From Azolla caroliniana (Eukaryota; Plantae; Polypodiophyta), in NCBI GenBank assembly GCA_043228905.1, contig JBHGNT010001219.1, positions 1-10,855 of the forward strand: DNA of 10,855 nt, written 5' to 3'. The position numbers and the translations under genes are program-made. Position 1 is the stretch's first letter. The number at the start of each line of letters is the position of its first letter. The notes below the pieces were generated by a model. It did not search any database. It was not told the DNA's origin and saw nothing but the letters and a program-made list of their open reading frames with translations. Shown one piece after another: positions 1 through 6,580 of this stretch.

Positions 1-318
1 CTGCAACTTGCCAGTTCCAAGGGCCTTCGTGAAGATTTCTGCAACCTGCCGATCCATTCGAACATACCGGAGTTCTACTTCACCACCGAGGACTCGCTCG
101 TGCACAAAGTGATAATGCACTTCTATGTGCTTTATCCGACCATGGAACACATGGTTCTTGGCTAGCTTCATGCTGCTCATGTTGTCGCATGAGATCAGGA
201 TCGGAGTCGGTACTTCGATCCGTAGGTCTTGCAGCAGCTGCCGAAGCCAAATGGCTTCACAGGTGGCAACGGTAGCACCCCGATATTCAGCCTCAGTGCT
301 CAACAGAGCCATAGTTGG
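1..318 (-). pseudogene. pol: Ty1/copia element A, RNase H C-terminal part; continues beyond window start
   Basis: Manual minus-strand translation: PTMALLSTEAEYRGATVATCEAIWLRQLLQDL...ISCDNMSSMKLAKNHVFHGRIKHIEVHYHFVHERV...QVAEIFTKALG, matching copia RNase H motifs (STEAEY, CDN, KHIEV, ADIFTK). Confidence 0.95.
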
Positions 319-360
319 TGTTGGGAGACAGGTCCCTCCAGATGGGAAGGGAGAAGAAAC

Positions 361-637
361 GGTATGAAGAGTACCCGGCTATGGAGAGCCGGATGGTGTA
401 GGCCCGGTATAAACCGGATGAAGAGTACCCGGCTACAGAGAGCCGGATGGTGCAGGCCCTGTATCGGATGAAGAGTACCCGGCTACAGAGAGCCGGATGG
501 TGCAGGCCCGGTATGAACCGGATGAGGAGTACCCAGCTACGGAGAGCCGGATGGTGCAGGCCCGGTATGAACCGGATGAGGAGTACCCGGCTACGGAGAA
601 CCGGCTGGTGCAGGCCCGGTATGAACCGGAGGAAGAG
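361..637 (+). repeat. 54-bp tandem repeat in U3 of the solo LTR (~5 units plus a partial)
   Basis: Consensus CCGGATGA(A/G)GAGTACCCGGCTAC(A/G)GAGAGCCGGATGGTGCAGGCCCGGTATGAA; unit starts at ~361, 414, 465, 518, 572, 626; 4-bp deletion at the unit 2/3 junction. Confidence 0.96.
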
Positions 638-695
638 ACATATTCGTAAATATGTTTTTGAGAGCCCATCGAGGCTATATTTGTAAATAGCCGAA

Positions 696-721
696 AAGTC
701 ATATTAGTATAAATATGACTT
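696..721 (+). promoter_or_regulatory. Putative LTR TATA box (TATAAATA) inside a 10-bp inverted repeat
   Basis: AAGTCATATT-AGTATA-AATATGACTT; identical in the second LTR (~2334-2359); lies downstream of the U3 repeats as expected for an LTR promoter. Confidence 0.7.
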
Positions 722-1096
722 AGGGCTAACTTTTAGTAATAGTTGTAGTTGTTGTCATTTTTCTTGTTGGTGCAAGAAAAAGGAGAGTGCGTAACTGTAC
801 AGAGAGGGAGAGAGAGAGACGAGGTCGTTGCCTCTGTTGTAACCGCCGCCTGTGGCGAAGATCGTGAGTTCGAGGTCATTGCCTCAGTGTACTCACTGTT
901 TTGTACATTCATACATAGTGACAGTTTGCAGCCCGTGGGCTGCCGTGGTTTTTCCTCCTAGTTTGGGGTTTTCGACGTAAACCTACTGTGTACCATTTCT
1001 CTTCTCCGTGTCGTGTTTTATTTCCCGTTTTCTGTGTATGAAAAGAAGCTCGGTTGTGGCCGAGCGTTGCGCATAAGGAACGTTGCGTTCCCAACA

Positions 1097-1709
1097 GTTG
1101 GCTGCTTTTTGCTGTTCCACACAACAACCACACTACAAATAAAGAACATGAATCCGAAAGTGGACCGTCGATCCGATGCACCTCCGGCCCAGTTGGCATC
1201 CGTATAACGACCAACTTTTCGATTATATTGTGTTGGTATAATAGTCCTCAATCCTTAGTGCCGCTGACATACGTTAGTATTCGGTCCGCGCAGTAAAGGT
1301 GCTCCATGGTTGGCTTCTACATGAATTGGTTGACCGTTTCGATCGGATAGCTAATGTTGGGTCAGGTGATCTTTAAATAAATGAGGCTTTCGACAATTTG
1401 TCGAAACCCTTTCTCTTTGTAGGCCGGTCCGGAGTCGGGACGAAGCTTTAGGTTCCGGTCTAGGGGTGTGGACACCGCTCGACTATCCGTCATGCCGAAC
1501 TTGTACAACATATTCAGCACATAGTGTCGCTTAGATAACAATATGCCGTCAGGGGTATGGATCACTTCGATCCCTAGGAAGTAATGAAGGTTCGCCAGGT
1601 CCTCCATTTCGAAAGCATCCGACAACTGGGACTTCACTCGGCCGATTTTAGCAAGGCCGAGTCCGGTGATTACTAGATCATCCACGTATAACAAAAGATA
1701 AAACCCCAT
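1097..1709 (-). pseudogene. pol: Ty1/copia element A, RT C-terminal half and RNase H N-terminus; degenerate, 5' truncated near 1705
   Basis: ORF 1362..1709 has LLYVDDL (YVDD 1677-1688), FEMEDL..LHYFLGIEV and FRQIVESLIYL. ORF 1018..1251 has YTDANWAG...RRSTFGF...WNSKKQPT. Stops at 1362-1364, 1317-1319 and 1248-1250, plus a 1-bp deletion near 1208. WNSKKQ-PT joins PTMALLSTEAEY across the solo LTR. Confidence 0.93.
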
Positions 1710-1714
1710 GAGGT

Positions 1715-1775
1715 TTAGGGTGACTCGAACCTGTGACCTCCTAAGGAAAAGACCTCAGCTCTAGCCATTAGGTTA
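1715..1775 (-). other. tRNA-derived / SINE-head-like motif with Pol III A and B boxes (degenerate)
   Basis: Minus strand: TAACCTAATGG (A-box-like, 1765-1775), 33-nt spacer containing stem CTGAGG/CCTTAG and GAGGTC, then GGTTCGAGTCA (B-box, 1721-1731). No intact acceptor or T stem. Confidence 0.5.
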
Positions 1776-1820
1776 TATATATTGTACATAAAGATATTAC
1801 AATTTACTTTATTATAATAT

Positions 1821-2163
1821 TGATAATGTAACCCTATAAATATCCCAAAGGGTGCCATGACCCTTCAATATCCCAAAGGGTATCATGACCCTACAACATC
1901 CCAAAGGGTGACATGACCCTACAAACATCCAAGGGGCACATACTACTCCTATATAAATAGGACATATTGTATTGTTAGAACCATTTTGGTTCAACACCAG
2001 TCTTTGTCAAATATTCTAGTTCTTGCTCTTGTATATTTCCCTATTATAATAAAATATAGGCATTGTTGTCTCTTTCTTTTCCTCTCTTTTTCAATCTTCT
2101 TTTGTCAAGCTAAGGCCTTGACAGTTTGAACCCGGATATCTTCTCTCTTTCTATCTCTCTTTC
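1821..2163 (+). mobile_element. Probable truncated LTR of a further element, interrupted by element B
   Basis: TG start candidates at 1821/1827, tandem repeats, CTATATAAATAG at 1949-1960, AATAAA at ~2048 and a CT-rich tract. Layout resembles an LTR, but no end, PBS or partner is visible. Confidence 0.4.
1831..1941 (+). repeat. 28-bp tandem repeat, ~4 units
   Basis: Units ACCCTACAACATCCCAAAGGGTG(A/C)CATG starting at 1831, 1860, 1888 and 1916. Confidence 0.9.
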
Positions 2164-2726
2164 TGTTGGGAGACAGGGCCCTCCGGATGGTGCAGACCCA
2201 GTATGAACCGGATGAGGAGTACCCGGCTACGGAGAGCCGGATGGTGCAGACCCGGTATGAACCGGATGAAGAGACATATTCGTAAATATGTTTCTGAGAG
2301 CCCATCGAGGCTACATTTTGTAAATAGCCGAAAAAGTCATATTAGTATAAATATGACTTAGGGCAAACTTTATGACTGTTGTTGTGGTTGTTATTCGTGT
2401 CTGAGCGAGATTAGAGCGCGTAACTCTACAGAGAGAGAGAGAGAGAAAGAGGTCGTTGCCTCTATTGTAACCGCCGCCTGTGGCGAGGATCGTGAGCACG
2501 AGGTCGTTGCCTCCGTGAACTCACTGTTGTACATTCTAGCATAGTGATAGTTTGCAGCCTGTGGGCTGCCGTGGTTTTTTCTCTCTTTGGGTTTTCCACG
2601 TAAACGTCCTGTGTACTCTTCTCCTCTTTGTGTTGTGCTTTCATTTCCCGTTTTTTTTTTGTGTGCATGAATCTAAGCTTGGTTGTGGCCGAGCGTTGCG
2701 TATAGGGGAGCGTTTAGTTCTCGTCA
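2164..2726 (+). repeat. 5' LTR of copia element B (563 bp)
   Basis: Starts TGTTGGGAGACAGG like the solo LTR, ends ...TTCTCGTCA 2 nt before the PBS; only ~1.5 copies of the 54-bp unit (2183-2273); (GA)n at 2430-2451. Confidence 0.94.
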
Positions 2727-2728
2727 AG

Positions 2729-2740
2729 TGGTATCAGAGC
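2729..2740 (+). promoter_or_regulatory. Primer binding site, initiator tRNA-Met
   Basis: TGGTATCAGAGC, the canonical plant tRNA-iMet PBS, directly after the LTR CA end. Confidence 0.95.
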
Positions 2741-2755
2741 GAACCGACACAGAAA

Positions 2756-4343
2756 ATGGACGAATCGTTTGGCGGCATGTTCAAGCTCACCGGCTCCAAC
2801 TATTCAGTGTGGAAGTCGAAGATGAGGGACATGCTCGTGGTTAAAGACCTCTGTTTGCCAGTTCAGTTCGGGGACAAGAGACCGGACAAAATCGACGCCG
2901 CGATATGGGAGGTGATGCACATGAAGAAAACAGCGTACATACGGTGCTTCATCGACATGAGCCTGTACAACAACTTTAATGAAGAGAGCAAGGCTCATGA
3001 GCTCTAGGAGAAGATCAGCATAATGTTTCAAAACAAAAATGCTGTTAATCAGGTTTCGGTATTCCGGAAGCTAGTAAGACTCCGGTACCAAGATGGCTCC
3101 AGCATGGCGGAGCACATGAATGCCTTGCAGGGGCTGATCCACCAGGAAACTTCATTGGAAGTACCTGTCGCCGATGAGGTACTAGCGCTACTCCTGCTCG
3201 GTTCCCTCCTGGATAGCTGGGAGACGTTGGTTGTCACTTTGGGCAACGCCGGGCTGGAAGGAAAACGGTTATCCCTAGCAAGAGTGAAGTCAAGCCTGCT
3301 AGATGAGGAGGCGTGTCAGAAAGATAAGGATACGAGCTCCGACTAAAAAACGCTCCTTACCGAATCGGAACGCGGAAGACATAGAAACCATAGTCCCCAG
3401 AACCGGGAGAAGTCGGGGACACGGTCAAAGTTAAGGGGGAGGCCTACTTGCTTCTATTGTGGCAAGCCGGGACACTTCCAGAAGAACTGTCGGCACTTCC
3501 GTAAAGACAAGGAAACTGACGGCACCGATTCGAAGCGGACACTGGACCGGAACGGTAAAGACCGTAGGGGACCGGACCGGACGGCAATCGCGGCAAGTGA
3601 AGAGGAGTTGATGCTCATAACCGAGGAGAGTGAGATAAACGTTGCCGGCGACGAGATGACCTGGGTGGTAGACTCCGGAGCGTCGTTCCACCTTACCCCG
3701 GACCGGAAATGCTTCTCATCCTACTCAGCCGGTGAACACGGCTGTGTCCGGATGGGGAATGAAGGTACATGCCGAATTGTCGGCATAGGAGACGTGTGGC
3801 TGACAACACCAACCGGATGCAAGTTGATGCTGAAGGATGTCCGACACGTTCCGGAGGTTCGTTTGAACCTGATATCAGCCGGTCGGTTAGATGATCAGGG
3901 CTACACGGGTAGCATCCGGAACGGTGTCATGAAGTTCAGCAAAGGGAGCCTGATTGTGGCTCAGGCCCGGAAGGTAAACACACTGTACCTGATCAATGCC
4001 CGGTTATGCCCGGAAGAAGTGAACGTGGCATCCGACACTGCCGGTGAGCTATGGCACAAGAGGCTGTGTCATATGAGCGAGAAGGGGATGAAGAGGATTG
4101 CAGACGACAACCTCATTCCAGTGAAGAACGTGCACTTAGAGAAGTGCACTGATTGTCTGGCCGATAAACAGAACCGGACCTCCTTCCTACCAAGGCCACC
4201 GATGAGACGTAATGCACCACTGGAATTGGTGCATACGGATGTGTGTCAAGTAGACACGAAGTCACATGCCGGAGCGCAGTACTTCGTGACATTCATAGAT
4301 GACCACAGCCGGAAGCTGTGGGCCACACTGCTGAAGACGAAGG
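2756..4343 (+). pseudogene. gag-pol: Copia gag-pol N-terminal half (Gag, CCHC zinc knuckle, aspartic protease, integrase N-terminus and start of core)
   Basis: One frame from ATG 2756 (MDESFGGMFKLTGSNYSVWKSKM) with stops at 3005-3007 and 3344-3346. CFYCGKPGHFQKNC 3449-3490; WVVDSGASFH from 3662; LWHKRLCH...CTDC; LELVHTDV; YFVTFIDDHSR; ends at LKTK|. Confidence 0.95.
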
Positions 4344-4814
4344 TGTTATGTACACATAACGTTGGTGAGGGTAGGTCACTAATATTTACATTAGTGAAGG
4401 GTATGTTCACTATTATTAAAAAGGGGACTAATGATTGGATAGAATGAATGATATGTGCATGCACTATCATGATTTAGACAACCAATGAATAGAGAGCCTT
4501 TTAGAAAGGCACATCTATTCAAGGGGCCTAGGAAAAGGTATAAATATGAGGCTTAGCTACCCTCATAAGGATCACGTCGGAAGGCTACTGTCGTAGACAC
4601 CGGTGGTGCGGGCTAGGCTTTCGTCTCGACGATCGTGTTAATCTCTTCCAAGGTATTAGTCATCCTAATATCCGGCGGTATGGGACGTCGGTGGTAGGTT
4701 GGCTATGTCTAGATCATAGCTCGGGGGTGGTCGGGTGGAACGGGTTCTTCTATCCAATCTATTTTCTTCCTTTTTACTTGATTTGGTCTATTGATTAGTA
4801 ATAGACTCTTAACA
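4344..4814 (+). repeat. 5' LTR of gypsy element C (471 bp)
   Basis: TGTTA...TAACA termini; begins exactly where copia integrase homology stops; TATAAATA at 4539-4546; PBS follows after 1 nt. Confidence 0.9.
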
Positions 4815-4815
4815 G

Positions 4816-4827
4816 TGGTATCAGAGC
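4816..4827 (+). promoter_or_regulatory. Primer binding site, initiator tRNA-Met
   Basis: TGGTATCAGAGC directly after the LTR end AACA-G. Confidence 0.95.
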
Positions 4828-5039
4828 TTTTACTAACAATTTTTTTGTTGTTTTGATGTTTTTTGCGTGTGAGCGAGGGGGATCTAACAAGGCTCGTCAT
4901 GCTCTTCTCAGGATCAAAACAACACTCTAAACCCGGTATTCTTCTTTTTTGATCTCTTCTCTTTTTCTATTATGCGTTCTTTATGGTCGAATCAAATTGG
5001 TATTACGTTTTATTCTCTTTCTTTCTACCTCCTACTATG

Positions 5040-5272
5040 CTACGATTTTACTTATTATTATGCATCGGGCCGAGCGTGTTTGCATTAATCGCACACACTC
5101 AACTCATGGCCTTTTGCATATTGCGATATATATCCCACTCTCTCCTCTCTTGAACTCTTACGATAATAATTATTCTTGTGCATTGGGTCGAGCGTGTTTG
5201 CTCTAATCGCACACGCTTATCTCATGGCCGTTTTGCATATGATGTTGAGTATACCACTCTTCCCCTCTATTG
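5040..5272 (+). repeat. Diverged 118-bp tandem duplication in the gypsy leader
   Basis: TGCATCGGGCCGAGCGTGTTTGCATTAATCGCACAC at 5061 versus TGCATTGGGTCGAGCGTGTTTGCTCTAATCGCACAC at 5179. Confidence 0.88.
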
Positions 5273-5585
5273 AGCCATCACTTGGCCGATTCTAAGGGAT
5301 GATGTGGCCTTGACGAGGTGTATGTTGCCTACCTATGCCACTCTACTCTCTATTAAGCCATCAATTGGCCGATTCTATGGGATGATGTGGCCTTGACGAG
5401 GTATATGTAGCTTACATATGCCACTTTCCTTTTTAATTAGCCATCAATTGGCCGATTCTAAGGGATGATGTGGCCTTGACGAGGTATATGTCACTTACCT
5501 ATGCCACTTTCCTCTTTAATTAGCCATTACTTGGCCGATTCTAGGGATAGGTGGTGGTCTTGAGGAGGTGCATGTCAACTACCCT
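5250..5585 (+). repeat. 83-bp tandem repeat, ~4 units, in the gypsy leader
   Basis: AGCCATCA(C/A)TTGGCCGATTCTAAGGGATGATGTGGCCTTGACGAGG... starting at 5273, 5356, 5439 and 5522; the last unit is the most diverged. Confidence 0.95.
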
Positions 5586-6092
5586 AGGGTTTCGTATCTT
5601 AGGGCATGTTTGATTCCATACACCTAATTGTTGATTATTCTAATTAAATTTTAATTTCATAAGTATTGTTTCACTTATATGATTTTCTAGTAATTATTAT
5701 TTACCAGCCCACAATTAACTCTCCTTTTTCCACTTCCTTTTCATGTATAAAGTATTTACATCGTTTATTTTTAATGTAACCTTTACGTGTAGACTATTTT
5801 TTCGTATGGAGTGGCTTGTTGAACGATTTTTTTTTTCAACGGGTCATCTAGGTTTAACTCTTATCATCAAGCCTTAGAAAACGAGTAAAACCATATGAGT
5901 TCCCTTATTGATGTTTTACTCATGGATTTGAGTATTACATCTTTGCGCACAACACCGTCATCACTTGTATCAATTTGTGGCTTATGTCACAATTGTGCAA
6001 GTTATAACAATCATATTGGGATGTATATGTGCATACCTTGCACTTCCCATTTATTTGTGACATTGTTTTTTTCGTAGGTAACACATGGGTTC

Positions 6093-6112
6093 TTTTTTTT
6101 TTTTTTTTTTTT
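6093..6112 (+). repeat. Poly(T) tract, ~20 nt
   Basis: Directly visible T run in the leader. Confidence 0.9.
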
Positions 6113-6294
6113 ACCCTTGTTTTCGACACTACTTAACTCTTATGAGTAGTGCCTTATTTTATCATTTTATCATCACGTTTGCTTATTGCTCGCAAGACTA
6201 GAATATTACTTGTGAGTGCACTTGTTTTTTCACGTAATACACTTTCTCGACCATATAATACATGATGGGTTGGCATTAATATAAGGCTATCTAG

Positions 6295-6514
6295 GAAATT
6301 TCATTGATGTAAGAACCATGGTTGAGCCTCGGGGAGCCGCCATGATTACTCAAGATAGAGATCCGAGAAATACATCTTAGCTATGTTTTCCCCCATGGTT
6401 TTTAAAACACCATAGTGTTACCATAGTTATCGGATCTCGAATCACATCTCATATGTCTAGAGGGGTAAAGACATGAGATACTTTCTTGGATAAAGTTCTT
6501 TCAATCAAAATTTC
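6295..6514 (+). other. Putative multibranch cis-acting RNA structure in the gypsy 5' leader
   Basis: About nine mutually compatible nested helices read by eye (listed in findings); ends 66 nt before the gag AUG. Confidence 0.6.
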
Positions 6515-6580
6515 AAGCATTCATTTTGCTTGTGTATTTTCTGAACCTCCTTATTTTATTGCATACCCACAGCGTGCATC

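Larger units (their letters stand above)
319..1096 (+). mobile_element. Solo LTR (778 bp) of copia family B
   Basis: Termini TGTTGGGA...TCCCAACA (8-bp inverted repeat); 5-bp TSD GTTGG at 314-318 and 1097-1101; colinear with the LTR at 2164-2726; removing it restores the host RNase H motif. Confidence 0.96.
2164..4343 (+). mobile_element. Ty1/copia element B (Tnt1/Tto1-like), 5' portion; interrupted by the gypsy insertion
   Basis: 5' LTR, PBS and gag-PR-INT in copia domain order; predicted TSD CTTTC (2159-2163), partner outside the window. Confidence 0.94.

Noticed and set aside
229-702. Repetitive small ORFs (229..471, 447..686, 433..702; also 2105..2305)
   Set aside because: By-products of the 54-bp (multiple of 3) LTR repeat; the 4-bp deletion breaks the frame and there are no protein motifs.
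1714-1720. Plant telomere repeat TTTAGGG
   Set aside because: Single copy, expected by chance.
1715-1785. Functional tRNA gene
   Set aside because: No acceptor stem, T-stem does not pair, and the anticodon loop is not 7 nt; kept only as a tRNA-derived relic.
1831-1941. CRISPR-like 28-bp palindromic repeats
   Set aside because: Head-to-tail units with no unique spacers, no cas genes, and a eukaryotic TE context.
319-2726. One intact element bounded by the two similar LTRs and carrying an antisense RT
   Set aside because: The first LTR has its own TSD on both sides and no PBS; the second is followed by a PBS and gag, so they are separate insertions.
5273-5585. Hammerhead ribozyme (retrozyme-like) in the 83-bp repeats, prompted by TTGACGAG
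   Set aside because: The core needs CUGANGA plus a downstream GAAA and three helices; C3 and GAAA are absent.
4949-6129. Extra leader ORFs (4949..5206, 5895..6077, 5935..6129) as an env-like or accessory gene
   Set aside because: Short, low-complexity translations of T-rich and repeated DNA with no recognisable domain.
6331-6350. Group II intron domain V (GAGCCG...)
   Set aside because: Only the first few bases match; the domain V hairpin and its 3' CGGTTC arm are absent.
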